Shown one piece after another: positions 34,861-47,760 of a stretch of DNA of 49,914 bases; the first letter of the stretch is position 1; every line of letters begins with the position of its first letter. The translations under genes were made by a program, and so were the position numbers. Origin of the DNA: Octopus bimaculoides (Eukaryota). The DNA is taken from positions 70,499,085 to 70,548,998 of the forward strand of contig NC_068988.1 in assembly GCF_001194135.2 (NCBI RefSeq). Direction: 5' to 3'. The notes below the pieces were generated by a model that was not told where the DNA came from, ran no database searches, and saw only the letters and a program-made list of their open reading frames with translations.

Positions 34861-35373
34861 ATTTTACATGTAATTCAGGAAGGTAAAGCCTTATCACTTA
34901 CTTTGTTACGCTGATTCTAATTAAGCGTTACGTTAATGTTACAGGCGTCTCTGAAATTCTTAGATATACATTGATTCAGAGAAAGCAAGTAATGAAGTTG
35001 ATTGAACAGCCGAATTCACATGGTCGGTCGACAGATCGCCGCAAGAATATCTATGTAGCCAATCGTTTCGTCTATATTTAGTTTTAGATAGACATACATT
35101 TCAAAATGCATTCATGTTGATATGTCTGAGAAATTTATACGATTTCTATTGAATTTGTTGCTAAACCCTTTGAAATCACATTTGAATCCTCTCCGGAAAC
35201 AGACAGTAACCGAAAGCTGAATCCGCAATAAGTTTGTAAGAAAATATTATAGCTGTCACCATTTACGACATAATGTAAAGGAATGAGTTGCACGATAAAA
35301 TATTAAAAGCTAGTCGATTAAACACGAATGTGTATGTGCGCGAGGGTGTGCGTGTGCGTGTGATTGCATGTGT

Positions 35374-35413
<40 letters not shown>

Positions 35414-35568
35414 GTGTGAAAATGTTATTTCGACAAGAATCCTAAAAAAGTTCTTATCTGAGAAACTTTCTTACGTTCTTGAATATATCTGGATGGACTT
35501 GTCATATAAATATACATATATATGCATACGCACGCACACACTGACACACACACACATACGCACACACA

Positions 35569-36414
35569 NNNNNNNNNNNNNNNNNNNNNNNNNNNNNNNN
35601 NNNNNNNNNNNNNNNNNNNNNNNNNNNNNNNNNNNNNNNNNNNNNNNNNNNNNNNNNNNNNNNNNNNNNNNNNNNNNNNNNNNNNNNNNNNNNNNNNNNN
35701 NNNNNNNNNNNNNNNNNNNNNNNNNNNNNNNNNNNNNNNNNNNNNNNNNNNNNNNNNNNNNNNNNNNNNNNNNNNNNNNNNNNNNNNNNNNNNNNNNNNN
35801 NNNNNNNNNNNNNNNNNNNNNNNNNNNNNNNNNNNNNNNNNNNNNNNNNNNNNNNNNNNNNNNNNNNNNNNNNNNNNNNNNNNNNNNNNNNNNNNNNNNN
35901 NNNNNNNNNNNNNNNNNNNNNNNNNNNNNNNNNNNNNNNNNNNNNNNNNNNNNNNNNNNNNNNNNNNNNNNNNNNNNNNNNNNNNNNNNNNNNNNNNNNN
36001 NNNNNNNNNNNNNNNNNNNNNNNNNNNNNNNNNNNNNNNNNNNNNNNNNNNNNNNNNNNNNNNNNNNNNNNNNNNNNNNNNNNNNNNNNNNNNNNNNNNN
36101 NNNNNNNNNNNNNNNNNNNNNNNNNNNNNNNNNNNNNNNNNNNNNNNNNNNNNNNNNNNNNNNNNNNNNNNNNNNNNNNNNNNNNNNNNNNNNNNNNNNN
36201 NNNNNNNNNNNNNNNNNNNNNNNNNNNNNNNNNNNNNNNNNNNNNNNNNNNNNNNNNNNNNNNNNNNNNNNNNNNNNNNNNNNNNNNNNNNNNNNNNNNN
36301 NNNNNNNNNNNNNNNNNNNNNNNNNNNNNNNNNNNNNNNNNNNNNNNNNNNNNNNNNNNNNNNNNNNNNNNNNNNNNNNNNNNNNNNNNNNNNNNNNNNN
36401 NNNNNNNNNNNNNN
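35569..36414. other. Assembly gap between (CA)n and (TA)n
   Basis: Direct reading. Confidence 1.
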
Positions 36415-36429
36415 ATATATATATATATA

Positions 36430-37165
36430 TAGCGGCGTACGTACACTTGTCTCTTATATGTAAGTATACATTTTTCTAAATCTTGTACGACTCTATTTCT
36501 GTCTATCAGCCCCTTCACCCATATTCGTTCATTCAACTGTTCGTTATTTCGTTCCCCCTCGCTCACATTTCCTTGCCTTCTCTTCTCCCTCCACTTTTCA
36601 CTTCATTGTGTCCCTGTCATTTTTTCTCGCCCTTCCTTAATTCTTTTGTACCTCTGCCTCTACCTCTCACTCTTCTCTTCCCACGTGACCGGTGTTCAGC
36701 CAGGCCTGACCTTTCTTTCTTGAGCGGCCGTTGAGCATGCAATATCGTTATTCCTCCCTGTACCTGTGAAATCTTGTATCATGGCTGTAAGGCCTTATTT
36801 TCAAATATGCCAGCTTAATTTATTTGTCCTTAGTCGAAAGACATCTGTTGGTTTGTCCTTTTATTACTCCTACTCTATTTGGGTAACATTGTTCGTTCTT
36901 TTTCTTCCTTGTTTTTGTATACATTTGCTGCTTTCGTCCAAGGAATCTAATGCTCTTAGCTTAGTTTTTCCTTGGGGCTGGCCAGATTGCAGCAATATCG
37001 AGAATAACCAGCCGAAATTGCAAGGATAATCTGGATCTCGACTGAAAAGAGAAAACTCCGAATGACCTGTCCGTGTTTTCTTCGTATCGTCTATCTGAAT
37101 GGTATGTCCCCTTCTTGTATCACTTAACTGTCTTGATGTTTTGCGTTCTTGTCCCATTCTGTATT
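36430..37165. repeat. Unclassified element-like segment bounded by (TA)n on both sides
   Basis: Pyrimidine-rich tract then a higher-GC block; (TA)n at 36415-36430 and ~37165-37206; no recognisable protein motif. Confidence 0.35.
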
Positions 37166-37206
37166 ATATATATATATATATATATTTACATATAAATATA
37201 TATATA

Positions 37207-40200
37207 CCAGAGTTAAGGGATGGAATAGATAAGATCCGGGCTACACATATCCTATAGGGAGAGGAACCTCAGAAGTGTTAAATATCGCAGCGAGGTGCAT
37301 ACTGCAGGCTACTCTTGAAGCCAAGGATATGTTGATTAAATGAAAGTTTACATTGTCGCAAACAGGTAAAAGTCAACAAAGAGATGATTCACTAAACCAC
37401 TGTTGTCCCTGAAAGTTCAAACAACGAAGTGCAAATAACATTGGATACAAGCTGTGCTGTAGGACCTTTGCAACCGTCAGAGGCTTGAAGATACATCAGG
37501 GAAAGCCTTGTAAGAAGAATACAGAGCAGTGTGGATCATCTGATTGTAAAACACGCGGCAAATCATCCCCGGACTCAAACCACAACGGATCGCTAAATGC
37601 TACACCAAAGACCTCTTCCCGACAGGAAACTGTAAGTTATGATACTGTTGCATCGGATAGTACTCGGAAGAAACCGAGGATTTTGTGGCCTGCTATTAAT
37701 GAGAAAGGAAAATATAAAGAGTTTGAAAACAAGGTTTGTCGAGCTCTTTATAAAATGACATGCTTTACAGTGGAGAAACTGGGAAAGTTAACAAGCTCAA
37801 TTTACGATGCAGGAAATAAATTATTTGGAGGGATAGAGAGTATCCGATTAGCAAAAGTAAAGTGTGGACCAAGCAGGAGGATCAGGAAAATGAAACAGCA
37901 GAGGAAGGAAAAGACCAGCCTAAGAAAGCGATGTAAATGTGCTGCAAAAGACGAAAAGCCTGGCCTCGCGCTGCTGTACTGTGATCTGAAAAGGAAATGC
38001 TGTTATGCGCAACGACATATCCACCGATATGAGTGTCGAAAGGAAATTTAAAATACTCGGAGTCAGTTTCTGAAGTACCCGTACGGGTTTACTAAGAAGC
38101 TGTTCACTGAACCAAAGAGTGGCACTTTGTCGTGCGCGAAAAATCAATTGGATGCTCATATCAAATAAATCTACAGTGATCCGTACTGTAACCAGCCACT
38201 GCCACCTCTAAATGGACTAAAGCATCTCTTAGAACCTGATATCGAATTCCAAATTTGGAACATCAGGGAGAAAGAGGTGAATAATTTCATAAGAAAAGCT
38301 AGAGTGAAGAGTGCCCCACGAGGTGATGGCGTCTCGTATAAAGCTTACAAATATTGCAGTCGTCTGCGAAAGAAGCTCTTTAACCGACAGCTGTGGCGCG
38401 AAGAGACTCTAGTAGAGGATTAGTGTAAGACAGAAGGCATATACCTGCTGAAGGAGGCCAATGCAGAGACTATAAAACAGTTTAGGCCGATATCCTTATT
38501 TAATGTGGAAGGAAAGATCCTTATTGGAATTCTCTTGAGGAAAGCAGTGACATATTTACAGAGTAATGGGTATGTTGGTGAATCTGTTACAAAGGCCAGA
38601 ATCCCCAGGATCCCGGGATCCGTTGAACACTAATTTTTGATTTAGAAAGCAATCCAGGATGACAAAGAGTACAAGAGAAATCTGAACGTGGTATGGCTTG
38701 ACCTAGCTAATGCATATGGCTCAGTGCCTCACGAATTACTGATTAGAGTCATGGACCACTTCCACATTCCAGACAAAGTAACCAAAATAATGAGGATATA
38801 TTACGACAGTTTCGAGATGAGGTTTACAGCTGGAGATTTAACAACGGATTGGCATCGATTGGAGATTGTCATTGCTGCTGGCTGCACAATATCTGTCACG
38901 TAGTTCATGTTAGTCAGGGAGATGAGTTTGAAAGCCGTGGAATTTTCGGAACAAATCGCCCATGTACAATCGCCTAAGAAAGCATTCATGCATCATGTAA
39001 CACTTCTATCTACAGATAAGCAAATCATGAGGAATGCCCTCTTGAGACTAGACGAACTTGTGGGGTGGTCAAGGATGCGGTTTAGAGCAAAAATGTCTGA
39101 TATTTGTTAAAGGAGTGCAGAAAAAATTTAAGCTTCGAATAGCTGAAGAAAGCATTCCAACAGTCAAAAAAGAACCCGTGAAGAGCTTGGGGCGGGTATA
39201 TACTGGAACATTGTCAGATAGTACTCGCAGAATGGAAATTAGGAAACAAGCCGAGATTGGATTATCAGCTATTGATAACTCGAAGTTACAAGATAAATAT
39301 AAAATTTGGTGTTTGCATTTCGGCTTTTATCCGTGACATTCGTGAGCACTTTTAATATACGAAGCAGCATTGTCACGAGCTCAGATCATTGAATAAAATG
39401 TAATGTGTTCATTAGAAAGTGGATTTGTGTACATCAGATGTTGAACAGTTCAGCTCTTTATCGTAAAACAGGCTCGTTGCAGTTGCTACTGGCGTCAATA
39501 GTCGAAATATATAAACTGGGGAAGGTACGGACTGTGATGATGCTGAGAGAATCGAAGGACATGGAAATCAGACGTAATCCACCAGAGGTGAAAATAGCCA
39601 GGAAGTGGAAAGCAGAGGCAGAGACTGATGACATCTTGTCTTCTTATACACACCGAGATATGGTGGGTGCAACGCAAAATCATCGGCAAGGACTTGGTTT
39701 TGGCGCAGATCAGTTCAGACCGTTTGCAAGTATGACGCGGAGCGAACGCAGATCTATTGTTAGCAACAGCATCGAAACAAGGGAAGCAGAGAGAAGAGAG
39801 CTTCATTTGATCCGATGTATTCAACAAGGACAGATGACGAGATGGGAGGAACATGTTGTTGAGAGGAAAATAAGTTGGGATGAGATATGGAGGTGGACCA
39901 CATCTCGGTTAAGTTTTCTGATTCGTTCATCCTATGATGTTTTGCCATCACCTTCAAATCTAGTAAGATGGAACGTCTCAGATATATGCAAATGTGGAAA
40001 GGTCGAAACACGGAAACATATTCTTTCCAACTGTTCATTAGCATTTAACAGGTACAAATGGAGACACAACCTGGTCCTGAAGGTTATCTTGAATGCTATA
40101 AAGAACCAAATTGATCTCAACAACAGTGAGAAAAAACCGTTAAATGTACCAAGTAGAGATTTCGTTACCTTCGTGCGCTCAGGACAGCGGATTCGTTTCA

Positions 40201-40900
40201 AGAAGAACAACAAACTTCTTGTGAGCGATGTAAAGTGGAACGGCTACTGGGAGGTGACTGCAGATTTATTAGGGTGCCAGGTACTCTTTCCTACCCAGTT
40301 ACGAAAAAGCCGGACATTATAATGTGGTGTGAAGGCAAAAAAGTTGTGAATTTAGACAAGATAACGGTTCCTCATGAAGATAACATGGACGCCGCTCGGG
40401 CTCGAAAGATTGACCGTTATGTAAAGTTCCTTGAGGAATATAAAGACGAAGGCTGGAAAGCGGAACATTTTCCAATCGAAGTCGGCTGTATAGGGTTTTT
40501 TTAACACAGTGTGAGACGACTGATGTTATCGTTAGTCCTAACTCATCGTAAAGTAAATACCACCATGACCGATGTCCAAATTAGAGTAGAGAAGGCTAGC
40601 CACTGGATTTGGTTAAAAAGATACAATGAACGAAGAGTAGAGGAATATTGAGCTATATTTAATAACCAGTTGATCTAGCAAAAGGGGCCTCGTATCAGTG
40701 AGGGGGACCGGTTCCCATTGATGCCGTCGAGAGGTAGGCCCCGAAACGGCGTGTATACTCTCCTGATGACCCCATACACTTGCTGGCTTCCGGTATGCGG
40801 AGTTCTCGATTGGTAGCACTTGCATGTGCAAGTTGTCTCCAAGACATTTGCTAGGGACTGCGTGAAGCTAACTTTCTTCGTACACCTCGACGCCTGGAAC
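37207..40900 (+). mobile_element. HERO-like (NeSL/R2 group) RLE non-LTR retrotransposon, near full length, decayed
   Basis: N-terminal finger (RTFATVRGLKIHQGKPC). RT: SAPRGDGVSYKAYKYC, FRPISLFNVEGKI, VWLDLANAYGSVPHEL, AAGCTISV, AFMHH (from AFMDD). C-terminus: RLSFLIRSSYDVLPSP, CKCGKVETRKHILSNC, WRHNLVL; RLE KPDII..ITVPHED..RKIDRY..PIEVGC. Confidence 0.92.
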
Positions 40901-40911
40901 TTATATATATA

Positions 40912-41690
40912 CTAGCAGAGGCACCCGGCGTTGAAAGGGAATGAAATTGTTACTTATATACTGGATGAAAAAAAGTAAAATATGCTGTATAGAAATTTGA
41001 GGACATTCTGTAGATGGACTCTCAGATGAATGATGGATGGGCGCCTCTCTTGAATTGGAAAATTGAAGATGCGCCAAAAAGCCTCATTGGTATTTGGAAA
41101 CTTTTACGAAAATTAAAGTCGGGATTAAATGAAAAAAAAGATTTACGTGAATATCCTCACAACAGTAATTGAAATGAATGGCGATTGTGGAACCCACCAC
41201 GCACGCACGCACGCACGTTTGCACGCTCGCACGCACGTACGCACGCACGCACGCACGCACACACACTAACACACAGAGTATCACACATCAGATGAAATGG
41301 ACGTGTGTGTGTGTGTGTGACAGAGAGAGAGATAGAGAGAGTGAAAGAGAGAGAGAGAGGTCATGTATACGTACATGCATAAATATGCATAGATCTTTGT
41401 GTGTGAGTGTGTGTGCGTGCGTGTGTATGAAAGAGAGAGAGAGAGAGAGTAAATACTACATGCACGCTACGTCAATACCGGAATTTGACATTGAGGAACC
41501 TTTTTAAAGACGTGAATCATAAATATAAAGCAATATTATTTATTTTTAATTTAAAAAAATCGAATGAAGAGCCTAATATTTATCCGAGGTCAAATTATTC
41601 ATGCATCACAAGTATGGAAGCATTTGGTGAAGTCGATTTCACGTGAAAAGCGAATACACAAACATCTCTATTTTATATATTATATATATA
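40912..41690 (-). mobile_element. Non-autonomous Helitron-like element with internal (CACG)n and (GA)n
   Basis: Minus-strand 3' end: ccc..aacgccggg-tgcctctgCTAG|T (40915-40912). 5' end resembles tatatata..aaaatagagatgtttgtgtattcgc. Confidence 0.65.
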
Positions 41691-41727
41691 TGCACATATA
41701 TACATACGACACACCGTAAATAAAACA

Positions 41728-42011
41728 CTGGGGGACAGTACTAAGCAGTGATATGTGTAAATACAAACTGGTTACCAGTTCAAATATGCTTGAACGAAAG
41801 CTGTCTTGAAGAAAATCCATCGCTGTAGACATATATGTGTAAATACACTGAGACAACACACAGCGACATCAAACCACCAAACTGTGTGATATGTGCATTT
41901 CGGTGTGGATATCTCCTCTTCAGTCACAGAGACAGGAAGGGATGCTCCACATATCTGAACTGGTAAGAATTTTTGTATTTCTACACATCACTGCTTACTG
42001 CTGTCACCCCG
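41728..42011. mobile_element. MITE (~284 bp) with ~60-bp terminal inverted repeats
   Basis: gggggacagtactaagcagtgatatgtgtaaatacaaa..ttaccagttcaaatatg vs rc ggggtgacagcagtaagcagtgatgtgtagaaatacaaa..ttaccagttcagatatg; right end followed by TA. Confidence 0.85.
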
Positions 42012-42369
42012 TATATTATGTACGGCGAACCGGTAAATAGCGCAACCAGAGTGGTAGTTCTTGTATGTGTGAAGTGGGAAAGAGTGTGTGTCTGTGCGTG
42101 TGTAGTGTGTGTAAATTATTGTGGTCGTAGGTTTAGATGATGAAAAGAGGTAACGAATTGAGGTCATGACTGACTGACAAATATTTGCACTATGTATTTG
42201 GTCTTCAATACAAATTTAATAGTTTTTCATTATGGTTTCTTTGTCGAAGCTCTTTCGTCACACGTCGTATGAACTCCCTTGATAAAATAGGAAGACAAGA
42301 AGAGATATGTGAGATAGAAAATCGTTGAAGAGATTACAGGATGTGTAACGAAAGAGCTTTGAGAAACTA

Positions 42370-42436
<67 letters not shown>

Positions 42437-42600
42437 GCAGAAGTGAAGACAAAATATATTATTCGTGTGTTTAATTAGTGTGTGTGTGTGTGTGTGTGTG
42501 CGTACGTGCGTGTGTGGGTGTGTGTGTGAGTGTGTGTGTGTGTGTGTGTGCGTGTGCGTGCTCGTGCCGGTGTGTGTTTGAGTATGCGTCTGTTTGTGTA
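42370..42600 (+). repeat. (TAA)n and (TG)n microsatellites
   Basis: Direct reading. Confidence 0.95.
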
Positions 42601-42858
42601 TGAGCCTGCCTGTACATGCTTGAACACAACCTTGTCTTGCACAATTTTTACCAAAATCTTTTAAGCGCAGCACAGGGTATGTTATCCCTCAGAAAATTCC
42701 CTTTCATTTGTGCTTCTATATCAGGGTGGTCCGTTGGAAGGGTATCCTCCAGGAACCTGATGAATCCATCTGCTTTACGTTGTTGTGGTGTCGTAGTGAC
42801 TTCAATGCACTTCTTATGGAGTGGTTCCATACAATGCACTTGGCCGTACACTTGAACA

Positions 42859-44107
42859 TTGGGTCATCACATAATTAATGCAGTGTTTTCAATTGCATGA
42901 AATACAACTCCGAGGGAGACGGGATAAACTACCTGCATCAACTTGCTATAAAAGCGGGTAGTATTCTTAGTGTATGTTTTGAAGAGTGCAGTTCGATTTT
43001 AACAGTTATTTTTATCAAGGCTATATTAGAAGGAGCATATTCGGCATATTTTACTTTGAGTCCAATAAAGGCAACAACACAACGGAAAGTGCAAGGAATA
43101 TCAATGCAATACATGAGGAGCGGACAATAAGCGTAATTCAGTGTCAACAGTGGTTCCATAAATTCCAAGGCGGAAACTACAGCCTAGAATACGAGCTCTG
43201 TCCAAGAAGATCTGTAGTTTTCGATGAGGGTGTCCTGCAAACCGTGGTGGAAAAAATCCTATCGTAACTCTTGAGGAACTAGCGGAGACGCTTGCATTTG
43301 GTCATTCGACCATTCATCGATACCTGCGTGCCTACAAAAAAATCAGCAAATTCGATCAATGGGTTCCTCACAAACGTTTCGAGATATTATCGCGCGCAGA
43401 GAGTGTGTTTGCCTTTCTTTGCTGTCATGTCTCACGAATGAACTGTTTTTGGACCGAATAGCGACTGGTGACAAAAAAATGGATTCTCTATAAAAATGTC
43501 AAACGCCGACGACAGTATGTATGGAAAGGAGAAACACCGGAACCCCTGGCTAAAGGTCTTCACCCACGTAAGGTGTTGTTATCTGTTTGATGATGAGATA
43601 TGACAGGTTTCGTCCACTTTGAACTTTTAAAGTCAAACCAAACGATAACAAACGAGATCTACTGCGCGCAACTTGAGCAGGTTAAGTCAGCACTAGAAGA
43701 AAAACAACCATCTTTGGTTTCAAGACGAAAGGTGTTCTTCAATCAGGATAATTCTCGGCCACGTACAGTGAAGATGACATTCCAAAGGCTGGAGTAATTT
43801 GAATAGGAAACTATGCCCGCCCAATACCATATTCCCCTGACATTGCTTCATCTGATTATCATTTATTCCGCTGTCTTCAAAATCATTTGGACGGAAAAGT
43901 TATGAATTCTGTAGACGAGGTCAGAACAGTACTGGAGGAGTGTTTTTCGTGACAGACAAGTAAAGTTTGGAAGAGGGGCCTTGAACGTCTACCATGCAGA
44001 TGGAAGAGCAATGAAGGAGAGTACGTCTCAGATTTAAAAAGAACTTTATCTTAATTGTGAAATATAAATGAAGCAAAAAAAAACACATTATTTATGGGAT
44101 GACCCAA
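42859..44107 (+). mobile_element. Mariner (DD34D-type) transposon, near full length, transposase disrupted
   Basis: TIRs ttgggtcatcacataattaatg (42859) and cattatttatgggatgacccaa|ta (ends 44107). Peptides EHIRHILL, SARNINA..QWFHKFQGGNYSLE, WVPHK, ATGDKKWILY, GLHPRKVLLSV, FNQDNSRP, YSPDIASSDYHLF. Confidence 0.95.
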
Positions 44108-44245
44108 TATTAAAACCAAACATTGTTAAATCCTCTTAATTGGTAAGAATATGAAAGGGCGTTCGGTAAATTACATAGATATACAAATGCATGTATGTAA
44201 ACCAGGTGTAAAGCATTCGTTTTATTATACATATATACATATATA

Positions 44246-44979
44246 CAGAATGTTCCAAAAGTCACAGATGGGTTTCAACTTTTAATAACCTCCTAAACTT
44301 TACAAATAAATTCATCACATTTGGATACAATATAAAAGACATAATGGAAATGAATATGCACGTGTCAAATTTTGCAACACCACTACATCACATATGAAAA
44401 ATTACATCGCTTAAATAGCAGCCATTTTCGGTTTCGCACGCCCGTGCTCTTTCCAAAACATGCACTATAACACACTCAAGAGTTTCAGACCGCACTTCTC
44501 CCATTTCTCTATTGATGTTCTCCATCAGTTGTACCAGGGACTCCGATTTGTTGACGTAAAACCTCTCTTTCAATTATCCCCACAAGGAAAAATTCGGGCT
44601 AGTCAAGTCTTGGGAAAGTGAAAGCCAATTAACATTGCCATAGCAGGAGATTATTCTCTCTACAAAGTACTACCGTAGCAATTCCATTATTTCTCTTGCA
44701 GTATGATAAGTTGTCCCATCTTACTCAATGTGTAAGCTCTAATTTTAATGGCTTTCACGTTCCTCAGACTGTTATGGTGCAAGTTTTGGAAAGAGCACGG
44801 GCGTGCGAGGCCGAAAAATGGCTGCCATTTAAGCAACATCATTTTTCATATGTGATGTAGTGGTATTGAAAATTTCCATTATGTCCTTCATATTGTATCA
44901 ACATTTCATGCATTTATTTGTAAAGTTAACGAAGTTAGTAAAAGCTGAAAACCATCGGTAACTTTTGGGACACCCCCTG
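44246..44979 (-). mobile_element. rosa/DD41D-type Tc1/mariner deletion derivative with ~210-225 bp terminal inverted repeats and TA TSDs
   Basis: ta|cagaatgttccaaaagtcac..ccgtgctctttccaaaac pairs with gttttggaaagagcacggg..gtaacttttgggacaccccctg|ta. Internal minus-strand DGTTYHTARE..RIIS..NW..SQDLTSPNFSLWG*LKERFYV has 41 residues between D and the N at the third-D position. Confidence 0.88.
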
Positions 44980-47639
44980 TATATATATAATTTTCAGGAT
45001 TCGAAATAATAGAGTGTATTAATTTGTAAAAGCATCAAAGTAGAGTCGGGGACAGCGCATCTGTGTATCGATAATGTGTGCTAACATATACGTACTTACT
45101 AAATTAAATTACCTGTATTCACTTGATGAAAACGGATTTTGCATGATGTAACACTCTTGTTTATCAATATCGAACACGTAGTGAAACAGTTGTAGTGAAC
45201 CACTTCCCATCTATGTTATTAAATGTGTGTGTGTGTGAGTGTGTGCGTGCGTGAGTGTGTGCACACTGCTTTATCGAGTTGGATTTTGTCTATCAGTGAA
45301 TTCAATTTTTCATTTGTTAATTTCTTTAATCCCTTCAAGTAAACATCATGATTTCAGTAAAATCGTGGTTTATGTCGAGACTTAATTAACTGAAATAAAA
45401 TTACTATCTTTATTTTCACATATTTGTTATTCATTTCGCTGCATTTTACTTTCTTGCAAATGTATTATTCAATCTCCAAATACATTTGTATCCCTTATGT
45501 ATCAAATGAATTACATAAATTGCGCAACGGTTTGACAGACAAAGGTATGATGAAATATATATGATATCTGAAACAAATAAAATATTAACTTATGACTTCA
45601 AAGAATAGTAAAGCACACTGCACCTTTCTTTCTCAATAGCTATTGTGATTTCAATCTTCCAATTTCGCATGAAAATACTTCCAAACTATCTGAAAGGCAG
45701 GAATATTGATTTGGTACTTTGACACGCACAGCACCACAAAGGTACAGGGGAAAGAAATAGCTGATTTAATCAACTGCCAGCATAATATTGTGGATTATCT
45801 TATTTAATGAAGGCCAGAGATATGAAAGCCAGAGAATCAACTCTAAATTTCTACATACACGTGTCTAATTAACACTGTCATCTTACTACACAGGGATACC
45901 AATGTTGTCCACGTCTCACCCTTTACCTCCAAAGTTGCGTAGCATATATCACGTAGGATTCTTCCCAGATGATTGACACGGGTCATAGATCAATTTTTAT
46001 TGTTTCACCTATTCATTGAACGGATAGATTTATATTGCTCTAAGTCCGAGCTACTACTGTGAAGATTTATAGTATGATCTGTAAGGTGTAAACTTATATG
46101 CTTCCACCAGCATACTTCTTATATTGAAAACAACGTGCCCTCCCAGGTTTTTGGACAGTGCTTTAACGTACTTTGGAAACTGTCTAAGACACAAATATGA
46201 TGAGACCTTCAAGTCACTGTATAACATTTTGAATGTAGTTTTGTTTATTTTTGCAAGATTATGCATTGTAGTTAAATCTAAATGTTATAGAGAATTGGTG
46301 AGTTTTAAATATTGTTCGTTTACAATATTTGCAATTCTTTGTATTTACTCTGAATATCAAACTGTGCCATATTCTTGCAGAGAGACGCTTTAGTTGTGAT
46401 TATCAGTAGAATATTTCTAATGTTTATTATGATGGAAACATTGCCGAGATGTGGCGTTTATGTTTAATTAATTTTGTGTCAAGGATAGTATGATTTACGC
46501 AGGTATATTTTAGTCGGAAATAAAATCAATCACACCGGAGAATAAAGCACATGATTAGCACTCGCGAAACTGAAGGTTATTGTACACCCAATTAATAGTA
46601 TATATGGAGGAGTCCCACCGGTATTTCAGATTCAACACTACGAGCGCCATATTCCCGTTTGTGTAAGTCTTAGAATATTTTTGTGTATGTGATTGGGTTA
46701 AAGTGCACTTCTTAATAATACAATCAACCGTCATGTATATTTAGGGAAAGGTTTGTCTGGAAAAACATTACAAAATTTGTTTATTATAGGAGCTAACTAT
46801 AAAACACAAATTTGGATGGCAGTAAGGGAAATAAAACCGTTATAGATCGACTGATTCTCACCCTGCGGTGTTGGATGATGGAATAATCATAGAAGATTAG
46901 TGATTATAAAACGCAAATCGAAGATTATAACAAAGCTATCAAGATGCCAAGGTGGTATTTTTCTTTTAATTTTTATAGCAGAATATTTCTCATTTTTCTT
47001 AAAGAACTTTACAAAGATGAAGCAGGCGTTTGACGTCAATATCAATTTAATAGTTAATCTATTTTCCGATAGAGTTCTAAAATTTTGAATTTCATTTATT
47101 GTCAATAAATCAGTGATTATTCTTTTTGCCTTCTTTGTCCAGTTTTCTTATATAGGGTCATCCATATTATAGCCATCGCCCGGTATTTCTAGCAATTCAT
47201 TAGCTTAATCATTTGGTATTAATTCTAAGTCAGGAATCGCGTTTCTGTTAGGGTTGTGATATTTTATTTAGCCTCTAGGTAGTGGACTTGTAATAAAAAG
47301 CGTTCCAGCCGTGATTGCCCATCATATTTTAAAACATGTTTATCTAGCTCATTTATCGAATGTATTCTTTATTTTTAGGATAGTGATTCCATTTCACTGA
47401 TATTTCTAGCAGGTCAAATAACGATGTAAAGGCTTCATTGTTCGAATAAGTCTAACACTGTTGACTTATACTGGATGTAGTTAACCACTACCTCTTAGAT
47501 TTGATCTCTTCTGAACCTATTTGCCCAACACTTACTTGTTTGACAATTGTTTCAATGTCTTGCTTTCCCATAATCCTATTTTTATCATTTATAAGCATGT
47601 AAACGTTTCAAAGCATGATTGGTATAAACATTCTTTCTA

Positions 47640-47760
47640 CTGATTTTCTTGTCGTTGTTGCTGATGTCATTGGTTTTGGACTAGTAGTAGTGGTAGTTGT
47701 TGCTGTTGTTCTCCATGCTGTCGTTGTTGTTGCTGCTGTTGTTATTGTCGTTGTTGTTTT
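47640..47760 (+). repeat. Degenerate (GTT)n low-complexity tract
   Basis: Direct reading. Confidence 0.85.

Noticed and set aside
38985-38996. Both RLE-LINE RT active sites show ATGGAT to ATGCAT (D to H), here and at ~1818-1823
   Set aside because: Two events among hundreds of substitutions in decayed copies; chance is sufficient.
40730-40780. gaaac..ctgatga in the HERO 3' UTR as a permuted hammerhead (similar spacing near 49215-49265 on the minus strand)
   Set aside because: Stem I and stem II cannot pair (cccc opposite cccc), and the second copy lacks CUGAUGA.
42648-42851. 67-aa non-repetitive minus-strand ORF next to the mariner
   Set aside because: I recognise no family motif, and it is too short to support a call.
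45690-45850. Possible very old SINE family A remnant on the minus strand (also ~47170-47335)
   Set aside because: Similarity is too weak to support by eye.
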